A DNA stretch of 64,000 nt from Candidatus Krumholzibacteriia bacterium (lineage in GTDB: Bacteria; Krumholzibacteriota; Krumholzibacteriia; Krumholzibacteriales; Krumholzibacteriaceae), in the NCBI GenBank assembly GCA_963770685.1, contig CAVYQN010000001.1:3179-67178 (forward strand). Reading direction: 5' to 3'. The position numbers and the translations under genes are program-made. Shown here one piece after another: positions 10,357 to 21,411 of this stretch (position 1 is the stretch's first letter; each line of letters opens with the position of its first letter). The notes beneath the pieces were generated by a model. That model did no database searches. It was not told the origin of the DNA and was given only the letters and a program-made list of their open reading frames with translations.

Positions 10357-13300
10357 TCAGAATTGCGGCCCCAGATAGAAATGAAATACCGGCTCACCAG
10401 TGTATTGGAAATCGGTCGGCCAGGCAAGCTGGAAGTTCATGATGAGGAATCCGAGTCTCATGTAGAAACCGACGCCGAAATCGTTGTAATATTCCATCTC
10501 GTTGATTTCAACCGGTTCAACGCCGTTCGGGAGAGGTTCTATATGCATCCCTTCGCCCCAGACGGATCCTGAATCGAGGAACAGGGTCCCGCCGATGTTC
10601 GTGATTCCCCATCGGCCCGGCCATCCGAAGATGATGGCGTCGACCAGTGGATACCTGTACTCGAGGTTGAACAGCATCATCCTCGATCCCTGAAACTGCA
10701 GGTATTCGTATCCACGCATCGTAAGGGGTCCCCCAAGAAAGAAATATCTCCGGTCTGGGCCCTCGCTTGAGCTCGCGACGCCTCTGAAAGCGAGATAATT
10801 CCTGTAGAAAAGCGGGAGATACTTCCTGTAGTCGACGAATGAAGTCGTCCTCGACACATCGTCCCCCCCGATCGACAGCGCTTTGGAGAAACTCAGCATC
10901 CATCTCGACCCTATGACGGGGCCGAAATTCCCGTAATACGCCGAATCGTGGACCAGCGAGAAGGTCGGCTGAAGAAGCCTGCGCGTTGAAACCTCGCCCT
11001 CGGTCGTAAAGTAACCGCTATACGGATCCGACTCTTCCCAGACGAGGAATTCGCGCTCGCTCATATACGCCTGCACCTCCATTTCAGCCCTTGTGAAAGT
11101 GGAGAAAGGATAACTCGCGTTGCCGTACAGGCCGTAATTTCTTTCGGAGAAGTACCTGTAATCGGTAAAGGTCTCCCCGATTGACGAGAATCTCGAATTC
11201 ATGTAGTTCTTGAACTGGAATACACCCGCCGAATAATCGATCCTTTTCCTGACGTAATAATACGAAAGCATCAAGTCGCTGTCCTCCAGCGATCCGTAAA
11301 GGCTGAAAGCGAAAAACAGGCGGTGATCGCCGAGAAGATCGCTGAAAGCTATCTGATTGGCCAGCCCGAATCCGAAACCGGTGGAGAAGAAAAGCCCCAT
11401 TCCGTTGCCCACGTAATCGGGGGAAAACCTCAATTTGTAGGGACTGATCGTCCCTATCTTTTCCCTGAAGCGGTCCCTGATGATTTCGAGTGAGTCCGGA
11501 TGAACCTTCTCCCTCGCATCCTCATCGACCACCACGTCCGGGGTTTCAGCGGGAAGTTTCCATCTCGAATCGGGGATCGGCCCTTCCGACGGCATTCCCC
11601 CGCTTCTTTCCACCCCGACACTCCCCGAAGCGTCGACCGTGCCTTGTTCGCCGGATTCCCCGCCGGACGTCTCCCTGTTCATCGAACACGCGGCGTCGTC
11701 TTTTCCCGAAGGCATGTCCTTTACCGGCTTCTCCTCCGGAATCAGGCCGAAGGAAGGCCACTCCCCGTCGGCGCCTCCGGACAACATGGGGCTGCCCGTC
11801 GAATATGAAGTCCTGGATTTTTCCAGGAAATTATCCATGATGAAAAGATCGTACCCGGCGGCGTTGAATGCCGAAAATACGAGCCTGTCTCTTTCCTCGG
11901 AAAAAGACGGATTGAATATCCCCCCGAGAATATCGGTGAATCTGTAGTAGCTCCCCACCGCAAGGCTCCCGCGGTAAAGGTTCCTGATTCCGGTTTCGTC
12001 GGATGTGAAGAGAATTTCATCGCCGCCCGCAAGCACCATCCCCGATTCGTCATCGCCGGTCGTGGAGATCAGGAGTTTCTTTTCGCCGGAATCAAGATCG
12101 ATGCTCCAGATATCGCCCCTGACTTCGAGAAGGTTGCCCGCCTCTCCGAAATCTATATTTTCCATCCTGCTTTCGCCTTCTCCTGCAGCCACGAACGTCG
12201 GCTGCAGTGCGTTTTGCGGATATCTGGTATAGACGATCCTGCCTCCGTCCGGGAACCACGAAGGATATTTCTCGTCGTCGATATCATCGGTGACCCTCGA
12301 CAGCGTCCTGCGATTCATCTCATAGACATAGATATCGGTCCGTCCGCGGATCGTGCCTACAAGCGCTATCCTGTCCCCTTGCGGGGACCACGCGGGATTG
12401 AAGAAGAAGTCGAGCTGCAGATTGATCTTCTCGGTTATTTCTCCCCCTGGGATGCTCATCACGAACAACCTGTCATACCCGTCGGATTTCGCGACAAAGG
12501 CGATCCTGTCCCCTTCCGGGCTCCAGGTGAGGCTTGATTTCATGGTTCGGATGTATTCGAACTCCCCGGACGTGGACCCGACGAGGAGCTCCTTTTCGAT
12601 CTCCCCCGTCAGTGCGTTCATCAGGTAGATCCCCTCCAGCCCGCCGCGGTCCGAATAGTATACCAGGCGCTCTCCGTCTGGCGAAAAGACCGGCTTCGAA
12701 TTCATATAATGGTGCTTCCGGACGTGGTCGGTCAGCCTTCTCGCGTAATATTCCGGCTCCCTCTTTTCCGCGTACACCGGCCAGTACTTCTTTCGCAGGC
12801 TTTTTTTCCATTCCTTCGTCAAATCCTCCGTGGACAGACCGGCGCAGCCGTGAAGCGCCGACTCCAGGGATCTTTGAAACCGGAGCTGATCCATCACTTC
12901 GATCAGTTTATCCTTGCCGTAATTCGTCACCAGGAAGTCGACGGCCGACTGTCCCGCCTTGTAGTTCATGTACCCGCCCGCGTAATTAAGGTCGTAGGGC
13001 AGGTAATCGAACACCGTGGCGTCGCGCATGAACATCTCGGATTCGTCGTCCATACCGCCGATCGAGAAATACTCCGCGATCCCCTCGGCAAACCACAGGG
13101 GTATGTTGAAAAGCAGGTTTCTCGAAAAAACCGACCTGAGCAGGTTCCCGTAGATTATATCGAACTGGAAGATGTGAACGAGCTCGTGGATCGCGGTGTG
13201 GCTGAAATCGACGTTGGACCCGCTGAAGTGAAGCACCATCCTGCGCCTGCTCGGCTCCGCGAACGCCTGGACTCCCTCAGGGAGAAGCTGCCACGTTGTG

Positions 13301-13620
13301 TTCGTCTGCTGGAAATCGGAGTGGGTCGCGTACAGTATGACCGGAATTCTCCATTTGACGGAGTGATTGAAATCAACGGACAGCTTCCGGTACCCATACT
13401 CCAGGATCACCGCAGTCCTGGCGGCCAGATCGTCGTTTTCTCCGTTGAAATGGAGGTCAAAATGGGGCGTCGTGAGCACGCGCCAGGTGAAATCCTTGTA
13501 CTGAACCTTGTTTTTCCCGAACCACCAGGCTTGAGCGCCGCAATCAGCTGAAATCAGAAGAGAGACGAATAATACTGCGAGCGCGGCGCGAACTGTTTTA
13601 GCCAGACATCCAGCGTTCAT
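10357..13620 (-). CDS. Outer-membrane fusion protein: signal peptide + peptidase-MA-like domain + PD40 beta-propeller + Omp85-type beta-barrel
   Basis: Intact 1087-aa ORF. HELVH lies at 13174-13188, with WFAEGIAEY 30 aa downstream (Peptidase_MA_2-like HExxH...EGxAxY). PD40 repeats occupy about aa 300-600 (SPDGERLVYYS, SPEGDRIAFVA, SPQGDRIALVG, FPDGGRIVYT). A Ser/Gly/Glu-rich linker follows. The C-terminal barrel resembles bacterial surface antigen D15 (FFLGGPLTMRGY, FLDSGSVW, FGVGFYMRLGFLIMNFQLAWP). Confidence 0.8.
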   Translation of the reverse strand: MNAGCLAKTVRAALAVLFVSLLISADCGAQAWWFGKNKVQYKDFTWRVLTTPHFDLHFNGENDDLAARTAVILEYGYRKLSVDFNHSVKWRIPVILYATHSDFQQTNTTWQLLPEGVQAFAEPSRRRMVLHFSGSNVDFSHTAIHELVHIFQFDIIYGNLLRSVFSRNLLFNIPLWFAEGIAEYFSIGGMDDESEMFMRDATVFDYLPYDLNYAGGYMNYKAGQSAVDFLVTNYGKDKLIEVMDQLRFQRSLESALHGCAGLSTEDLTKEWKKSLRKKYWPVYAEKREPEYYARRLTDHVRKHHYMNSKPVFSPDGERLVYYSDRGGLEGIYLMNALTGEIEKELLVGSTSGEFEYIRTMKSSLTWSPEGDRIAFVAKSDGYDRLFVMSIPGGEITEKINLQLDFFFNPAWSPQGDRIALVGTIRGRTDIYVYEMNRRTLSRVTDDIDDEKYPSWFPDGGRIVYTRYPQNALQPTFVAAGEGESRMENIDFGEAGNLLEVRGDIWSIDLDSGEKKLLISTTGDDESGMVLAGGDEILFTSDETGIRNLYRGSLAVGSYYRFTDILGGIFNPSFSEERDRLVFSAFNAAGYDLFIMDNFLEKSRTSYSTGSPMLSGGADGEWPSFGLIPEEKPVKDMPSGKDDAACSMNRETSGGESGEQGTVDASGSVGVERSGGMPSEGPIPDSRWKLPAETPDVVVDEDAREKVHPDSLEIIRDRFREKIGTISPYKLRFSPDYVGNGMGLFFSTGFGFGLANQIAFSDLLGDHRLFFAFSLYGSLEDSDLMLSYYYVRKRIDYSAGVFQFKNYMNSRFSSIGETFTDYRYFSERNYGLYGNASYPFSTFTRAEMEVQAYMSEREFLVWEESDPYSGYFTTEGEVSTRRLLQPTFSLVHDSAYYGNFGPVIGSRWMLSFSKALSIGGDDVSRTTSFVDYRKYLPLFYRNYLAFRGVASSSEGPDRRYFFLGGPLTMRGYEYLQFQGSRMMLFNLEYRYPLVDAIIFGWPGRWGITNIGGTLFLDSGSVWGEGMHIEPLPNGVEPVEINEMEYYNDFGVGFYMRLGFLIMNFQLAWPTDFQYTGEPVFHFYLGPQF

Positions 13621-13695
13621 CGTCCTCCTACTCCCGGATTGCGCCCATTCATATATGAAGATCGTTATTCATCCCTGGAACATCAAGTGCAAACG

Positions 13696-16600
13696 TCAGA
13701 ATTCCCACCTTAATTTCAGGTCGACGTTGTATTCGTCGCTGCTCCTGCGGCTGCCCCCCTGAATCAGCTTTTCTGAGTACATGATGACCTCGGAGCGTAT
13801 CTGGAACAGCCTGCTGAGCCTGTATTCCACCTCGAAATGCCGCGCCGTGGAAATCGACAAGCCCTGCTTGTATTTCACGTACAGGCCTTCGGACAGGTAC
13901 TTTCCGATCGCCACGATCGTTTCCCTGGAATCGGCGCCGGTTTCGTCGTCTTCGGAGGCGCTGGAGGTCTCCAACTCTATCGTTATTCCCTGCATCTGTG
14001 AGTTAAGCATCCTTTCGAAGTAGTTGGCGGCCAGATTCTGAGCGGTATTCAGGGCGTCCCAGCTCGTGCCTTCCCCGGCGTCCGTGCCGACCACGCCGCC
14101 CCCGAGCATCTTCCATATGTCGGTTTCGCTGTAACCGGCGTCCTCATGACGCAGCGAAAGCACAGGCTCTATATCGTCCTGGTGCCATGACAAGGTCAGA
14201 TATATCTTTCTTCCCTCCGGATCCAGAGTCTCGGCCTCGATGTCGACGATGGGCCTTACCCCCTCCGCGCGCACAAACTCGAATTTGCCGCCGGTGACCT
14301 TGAACTTGTTGTTATAAACGGTGTACCAGCCGCGGATCAGATCCAGGCTGCCGCGAAGATAGGTCCCCCTCTGATCGTGGTGAATGGTCACGTTTCCCTG
14401 CATCTCCACGTTCGCGTCGGGAGTCTTTATCCACGTGTTGCCGCCGGCTTCAAGCTCTATTTCGGCAAGCCAGCCGGGCGTTTCCTGAGCCCCCGTTCCC
14501 TCGCTTGAGGAGAGCTCTCCCAATGTCGAAATATACCTCGGCCCGGTTTACGTCCAGTTTGCCCGTTATCGAAGGCACGCTCCTCCCGCCGACGGAACGC
14601 GTACCGACAGCCAGGTTTCCCGTGACGATCGCCATGACATCCGGTATGCTCGCCACCAGCATCCTGTCGAGGGAGGCTTTAAGATCGTATCTGCGGGGTT
14701 TCCATCCATCCAGGGCTATCCCGCCCTTTATGCTGAATTTGCCGTCTTTTCCCTCGCTTCCCCTGAGTTCGGTCACTGTTATCATCGTATCTTCCAGTTG
14801 TATCGAGGCCTGCACTCCGCGGTATCTCTCTTCCATCCCTGAGAACCGGAACCCGGCATCGACCAGTTTCAACTCTCCAAGGATGTCCGGATCGTTCAGC
14901 GTTCCACCCATCCTGAATCCCGCCGAATACCTTCCCGCCGCTTCCGCGAGGTGTTCAGTGACGTTCGTGACATTCGACAGGTCTCCGTCCGATATCCGGA
15001 ATTCGAAATCAAACGGCTTGTCCCTGTCGATCGAATAGAGAAATCTCTCATTCCTTAAGCGGAATCCTTCCGCTGAACGATCCCGAATCAAGCTGAGATA
15101 TGCCCGCGTAACCTTCGACATTCATTCCCGTGGAGCCTATTCTGGCGTCCAGGAGCAAGCCTTGGAAGGTTGAAATCAGGCGGACCTCAGATCCATTATC
15201 GTTCCATTCAGCCCTATTACCGGATGAACAATGGAATCGGCGACGGTGATGATCCCGGTGAAATATCCTTCGGCAAGGCCGGCACGGCGCGCCATCGAGA
15301 AAAACGGTTTCAGCGACAATTCATCGCACTCCGCCCGAAGGTCCGCGGTAATGCCCGCCATGGAACCTTCTTTGCCGCGCAGATAACCGTAGAGGTCCGC
15401 CCCCCTCATGCTCCCCCCGATATTGATACGGCCCTGCGGATAATTCACGACAAGGGTGTCTATGAGAATTACAGCGTCTCGGTAATCCGCCGCTATCTTC
15501 ACGGAATCGAACATCAGGCTGTCGAAACTCCCGGAACTTGCGGACATCTCCAGCGCGATGTCGGGTGTTTCAAGATTTCCAGCGCATGATATCGAACCCT
15601 TCACGCGGCCGGTCATCGGCTCGCGCACGAGCCCCGACGAATTAAGCAGCGAAAGCCCAAGCCTGTCGAATTTCAACCCGCCTTCTATCGACTCGTTCGG
15701 CCTGTCGACGACACAATCGAAGTAAAGGGCCCCGAGCCTCGAATGAAGCTGCAGATCCCTGAATACCAGCTTCCCGTCTTCCACAGATCTCGATCATGGA
15801 TTCGCCGCTGCCGACCCACTTTTCGCCCAGGGTTTCGAGAACAAGGTCTTCCACCTTCACCTTTGCGTTCTCCGGGGTCCCGGAGACTTCCATCGCCATT
15901 TCGGCCGTGATATTCTCCCTGCCGAGATAAAGCCGCTTTATCCTCGTCACGCCGTCGATGAATTCCAGGGAAAGATCCATCTCCGAAAATCCGGCGGAAC
16001 CTATATTGCAACTGTCGCCATGCATTTCCATGAAGAACTCGAATCCGCCGTTGTTCCTGAGTATCAGATTGACGTCGCCGCCCGGAACATCCGCCATCAT
16101 GTACCTGAAATCCGCGCATCTGCCGCTGGCTATCATCTCCCAGTCTTCGAGGTCGCCCTCCCAGACCCCGGCGATATCGAGATCCGCCCTGTAATCGTCT
16201 ATGTTGAAATAGTTGAAAAGGGTGTCCTCGCGGGAACAAACAAGATCGGCGAATATCCTGATCGCGCCCGACGTGTCGATACTCCCGTACGCTTCAACCT
16301 TGTGCGTGGGCGATTCGAAATACAATCTGTCGAATTCGAGCGATCCCTCGCTGTAAGTGCCGACGATCACTCCGGCTTCGAACGGGAATTTCATCAGGTG
16401 CCCGCGCGACAGGTCGAGATCATATCCCAGAATTTTCGTCTTCGAACTGTACCCGAGCCTGACAAGGCCGTCGAAAAAGGTCTCCGGCACCGTCTCCCCC
16501 CTGACGAATCCCGCCGAAAGATCGAGTTCCTCAACCGCGGCCTCCAGATCCATCAGCGTTTCCTCTCCCATGATGATGCGCGCGTGACCGTCGACGACGG

Positions 16601-17618
16601 CTCCGTTGAATCTTCCCCATCCATGGACAAGCCTTAATTCCGGCTTGATCCATTCCATCTCCATATTGAAGCCGTCGAGCGCGTATCCGGAAAAGGTTCC
16701 ATTGACGACGCCGTTTATCCGCAAAGCGTCCGGGTACGCCCCTGACGTCAAATAGTTCCCTGCAATTCCCCGAAATAAGAGTTTTCCATTCCGAGGGCCC
16801 TCGTTATCTCCTCTACGTCCAGCGGGGCCGCATCCACGTTCAGATCGATGTATATCGAATCGGGATCGAACATGCCGTTTATCGTCAACGATGACTTCTC
16901 GAGCTCCATAAAAAGATTTTTCAGACGCAGGCTGTTTCCGCTCCACGCTCTTTCATCCCCTCCCCCGCCGGCCGAACCGATACGTGCGATATCCCCGCGA
17001 AGCCGCTTGAAAACAATCTTCCTGCCGATAATCTCGCCTCTTCCCGAGGTCAGGGACAACTGCAACTGCCCGTTGTCCGAAAGGATCGACCCCGTCAGAT
17101 CTATTTCCCTTATCGCATCTGCCTTGCCGTCGCTCTGATAGATGATCTGGCCGTTCATGACCTTGAAATTCCCTATCTCGAAGGATTTGGAGGTTCCTTT
17201 CCCCTGTCGCCCCGCGAAGGGAATGATATTCGTTCCCCGAGGAATCCGGTTTTATCCAGACGTGCGGCGTATCCAGCTCGAGGTCCATTATCGACGGCTT
17301 TCCGCTGAAAAGAGATCTGACGTCGTATCTGCAGCCGAGTCTTTCGATCCTTACGACATCGAACGAGTAATCCGGGCCGTTATATATCATTCTGATCTTT
17401 TCCATTTCGATGCGGCTCAGCGGATTGCCTGAAATCTTCTCGATCTTTATCGAAAATCCGGTGCCGCTGAAGAAATACTGGGAGAAGATCCTGCCGCTCC
17501 ACGAGGCGAAGAAATCCGTGTGAAACACCAGAATGAGAATGATGGTAATCGCCAGCAGGAGCCCCGCCACAAGGGACACCCAGGATGCTATCTTCGTTCT
17601 CAACAATCTTTTCGCCAT
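13696..17618 (-). CDS. tamB: TamB-like translocation and assembly module protein (AsmA-like/DUF490), reading frame broken at least 6 times
   Basis: The N-terminal anchor is MAKRLLRTKIASWVSLVAGLLLAITIILILVF. The C-terminal DUF490-like end is GKYLSEGLYVKYKQGLSISTARHFEVEYRLSRLFQIRSEV. ORF pieces are 16953..17627, 16748..17158, 15642..16946, 15176..15784, an unlisted piece at about 15062-15178, 14450..15121 and 13696..14523. Switches occur at 17235-17238, 16756-16760, about 15783-15790, 15179-15180, 15061-15062 and 14519-14521. Confidence 0.8.
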
Positions 17619-17636
17619 CCCTGCCACTCTCCGGGA

Positions 17637-19521
17637 TCAGAATATCTGCCCGAGGCTGATATGGATCCTGTATCCATGATCCTCTTCGGGCATCCTAACA
17701 ATCGGAAAACCGAAATCGGCCCTTATGGGGCCGACCGGTGTATAGTATCTCAGCCCGAATCCCGCGCTGAACCTGTAATCGGCGGCAGTAACATCGTCCT
17801 CATCAATGAACATTCTGAATCTCTCCATTGTGATTTCCCTGACGCTATCCCAGGAATTGCCGCCGTCAAGAAACAGAACCGCGCCCAGATTATATTTGCC
17901 AAGCCATGGCAGCGGGAATCGGAGTTCTGCATTCGTAAGAAGCAGTACGCCGCCTCCCTTCGGTTCCCCTTCCGCGCCTACCGGACCGAGCGAGTTTTCC
18001 AAGTACCCCCTTACCGAGTTTCCTCCTCCGACGAAGAACCTGCTCTCGATCGGCAATCCCGACTCGCTGCTTTCGCCGAATGCGCGGGCATACCCCACTC
18101 TTATCCTGTACGCGAAAACCACGTCCCTCGAATAAAGTTTGTATTTCTGATATGATGGAATCAATGAAAAGTAGTGATCCTCCCCCCCCAGAAACCCGCC
18201 CGCGAAACGCGATTCCATGCCCACGTAGCTTCCCCGCTTCGGGCTGAAATAGAAATCGCGCGTGTCCCTTCTGAAAGTGAGATCAATGGAGCGCCTTCTC
18301 GATTTAGCCTTCTCGTCGATGACTTCCTTCCTCCTGATCGTCTCGAAGAAATAACCCACGAGAAGCGAGGTCTGCCTCGAAAACCTGCGTGACACGGTGC
18401 CGTTGTAACTGACCGCTTCGATAACCGCCGGCTCCACGGTTGCGTCCCGTTCGTAGGACGCTCCCAGGGAAAAGGTGTTCCACGTGGAGAATACGTGCGG
18501 AAAGTGGAGCTCCCCCTGGTACCGGATGTACTTGTTCTCCAGATCCATCTTTGAAAACGAATACTCGTTATCCTTGAAAAGGCTGAAAGCGAAGTCGGTT
18601 TTTATTTTCAGGGCGTAGCCTCTCCCGAGGAGGTTTCTCTGCCCCCACTCGGCGAACACCCGTTGGCGTGAACGTTGCCGGCGCCGAGGCCGGTTTCGAA
18701 ATAACCCATTTTCCTTTCGCGGACCTGCAGATGCAGATCGACTTTTCCGCTCGAGCACGTCGAGCCCCTTCGGCTCGATTTCCACGGAGCTGAAACAACC
18801 GGTGTCATAGAGGTTCTGTTTGCTAGTCGACTACCTTCCCGAGGTTGAAATATTCGCCCCTGTGAATCCTGAGCTCGCGAAGGATCAGAGCTATCACGGA
18901 CCTTGCTGTTGCCATTGACGATGATGCTGTCTATCTTTATCGGGTTCCCCGGCTCGAATTTCCATGATACGTCCACATCGGTCGAGTCCACCGTCACGCC
19001 CGGCGAAACCATCGCCCCCAGATATCCTTTTTCGAAGAATTTTCCGAACAAAGCATGTAACGGTCCACTTCGACCAGGTTCGGGTTGAAGGGCCGCCCTT
19101 CCGTCAACTGAAGGCCTTTCCTCAGTTCGTTTGGTTTAATAAGGGCCGTCGAATCGAGCACAAGGCTCCTGACGACAGTCTGAGGCCCCTCGTTTATCAT
19201 GATCCTGATCGTGACGCTGTTGCCCTTCTGGTCCCTTTCCAGAGCGTCTATCGACACCTGCGTATCAAAATAACCGTTCCTGTTGTACAGGGACCTTATC
19301 GATTCGATGTCCCTCCTCAGGATATCCTTTCTGTACCGGGGTTTCGCGAACAGTTTCAGGAACCCGGGTTCCTTCGTGCGCATCCTCTTTTTAAGAGCCT
19401 TGTCGTCGAAGTTCCTGTTCCCGAGAATTATGATCTTTTTGACGAGTGGAAGCTCCGCGCCGAAATCAGCCGCCTTCACCCTTCCCGCGCCGATCGACAG
19501 GGCAATGACAAGCGCGGTCAC
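17637..19521 (-). CDS. tamA: Omp85-family outer membrane protein with POTRA domains (TamA/BamA-like), reading frame broken about 5 times
   Basis: The start is GTG at 19521. A signal peptide is followed by POTRA-like segments (KKIIILGNRNFDDKALKK..., IIVNGNSKVRD-VIALILRELRIHRGEYFNLGKVVD) and a barrel (AEWGQRNLLGRGYALKIK, FFVGGGNSVRGY, FLDGGNSW, RIHISLGQIF). ORF pieces are 18994..19521, 18608..19051 and 17637..18785, plus two short unlisted frames. Switches lie near 19047, 18895, 18828, 18748 and 18660. It sits immediately upstream of tamB. Confidence 0.8.
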
Positions 19522-19668
19522 GATCGCATACCTCGGTCCTCAACAAAGGTGTCCTTTTCAGCATAACATTTGACATCTCATCCGTCTGGTTGTAAGTTCG
19601 TCCGGGTAGCGATTGAAGAACCACCTTCAAGCTGAACGCCGCTCCCGGTTGAAAGGTCCGGCTCGCCC

Positions 19669-20025
19669 ATGACCAGCAGGAAACCAGGTCTCTACGGTCT
19701 CGCAATTTCCGTCAAGGGTCTTATCCTGATTGCGGCGCTGGCGATTCTTCTTCCATGTTGCGGGAAGACCTCCCGTCCCGTATCCGAATCGGGCGGCCCC
19801 CTGTCGCCGGACGAACGTTATATAGTCCAACTCTATGTGAAAATAAACGATCTGGAGAAAAATCTCCAAGATAATCCTTCGGACAGCGTAAAAATAAGGG
19901 CGGAATTCCGCGCCGGCGTCGACAGCGCGCGGGTGGTCAGAATCCTCGGCGAACTGGAAAAGAAGCCGGAAAGGTGGTTTCCCGTTTACTCCAGGATAAA
20001 CGAACTGCTCGGACACGAGAAATAG
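19669..20025 (+). CDS. Small hypothetical lipoprotein
   Basis: 118 aa. A hydrophobic signal ends in LLPCCG and is followed by a hydrophilic helical-looking domain. This is the only plus-strand gene in the 8.1-64 kb stretch. Confidence 0.5.
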   Translation: MTSRKPGLYGLAISVKGLILIAALAILLPCCGKTSRPVSESGGPLSPDERYIVQLYVKINDLEKNLQDNPSDSVKIRAEFRAGVDSARVVRILGELEKKPERWFPVYSRINELLGHEK

Positions 20026-20029
20026 CCCG

Positions 20030-21386
20030 CTACCTGAACAGGTTAAAAAGGTCCAGGAACAGTATCCCGGCCATAAGCGCCACAAGGAGGACGAATCCCG
20101 CCTGCATCATTATGTTCTGCAGTTTCGCCCCAGGCTTTATCCCCGTCACCGCTTCAAAGAGAAAAATCACGAAATGCCCTCCATCGAACGGAAGTATCGG
20201 CAGCAGGTTGAAGATCGCGAGATTCATCGAGAAGAATGCAAGGAAATTGATCAGGTAGCTGAACCCCCATCTGGCCATGTCTCCGGCCATGACGCCGACC
20301 CTGATCGGCCCCCCGACCGCCCTTACCGTGGCTTTCCCCGTTACGAGCTTTCCGAGAAAATCCATTATGGACTCGAAAAGGTTGTAAAAGGCCCGCGATC
20401 CGTAGACAACGGCCTTTCCGAACGATACTCCGACCTTCTCGTAATATTCGCCTATCCCGATCGCCCCGACCTTCACCACGTCCAGTTTCTCGCCCTTCCG
20501 ACGGGGCGTCCATCGAAACCGGGGTGATCACGGCCGACTGGATCTTCCCGTCCTGCTCCCAGGTGAATTTCATCGGGATGCCGTTCCTGGCGTAAATCTT
20601 CTCGGCGACTTCCAGATATGTGTAAACGGTCGTGTCGTTGATGGCCTCGATTCTCGCCCCGCTGCGTATCCCGGCCTTGTACGCGGGACTGTCCTTTTTG
20701 ACATCGCCGATCCTTGCGGGCGACGCCGAATGAATGCCGAGCACGAGCCGCCCGGCCTCCTCGTTCCACCTGGGAGTCATGGAAACCCCCAGGGTATCCC
20801 CGTTTCTCAGAACCTTGAAGGTCGCGCTCACGTTTTCCTCGTAGGTCACCATGTCGCTTATCAGCGAGCCTCTCTCAAGCTCCCTGCCGTTGATCTCCAG
20901 TATGACGTCCCCCCGCTCCAGGCCGGCTTCCCGGGCCGGAGATCCGTCCACCACGCTGCTGATCACGTTATCCGAATCCCTGACGAATATCCCCTGGATC
21001 CAGATGCTGAGGATGTACAGCGCAAGCGCCAGCAGAGCGTTCATCAAGGGTCCCGCGATAACGACCGACATGCGTTGAAGCGGCTTCTTGTTTCTGTAAT
21101 ATCGTTCCTCGGGGATATCGGCCTCCGAAACGTTCTCGTTCGCTTTGCCGTCTCCCGAGTCGTCCGTCTCGTTCTCTCCGGCGAATTTGACGTAGCCGCC
21201 GAAAGGCAGGGCCGAAATCGCGTATTCGGTCTCGCCGACCCGAAGTTTCAGCAGTTTCGGGCCGAAACCTATCGAAAACGTGATCACATATATCCCGTTC
21301 ATCTTCGCAACGAGGAAATGACCGAGTTCGTGTATTATTATGACCACGCTCAGAACAAACAGGAAAGCGACGATGGTAAGCAGCAT
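20030..21386 (-). CDS. rseP: RIP metalloprotease RseP (site-2 protease, M50), reading frame broken once
   Basis: HELGH lies in the first TM segment (IIIHELGHFLVAK). PDZ regions follow, and the C-terminal motif is NLLPILPFDGGH. ORF pieces are 20154..21386 and 20030..20479. The switch lies at about 20490-20515. Confidence 0.9.
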
Positions 21387-21411
21387 ATATCCTCCATTAT
21401 ACCCGGATTGA

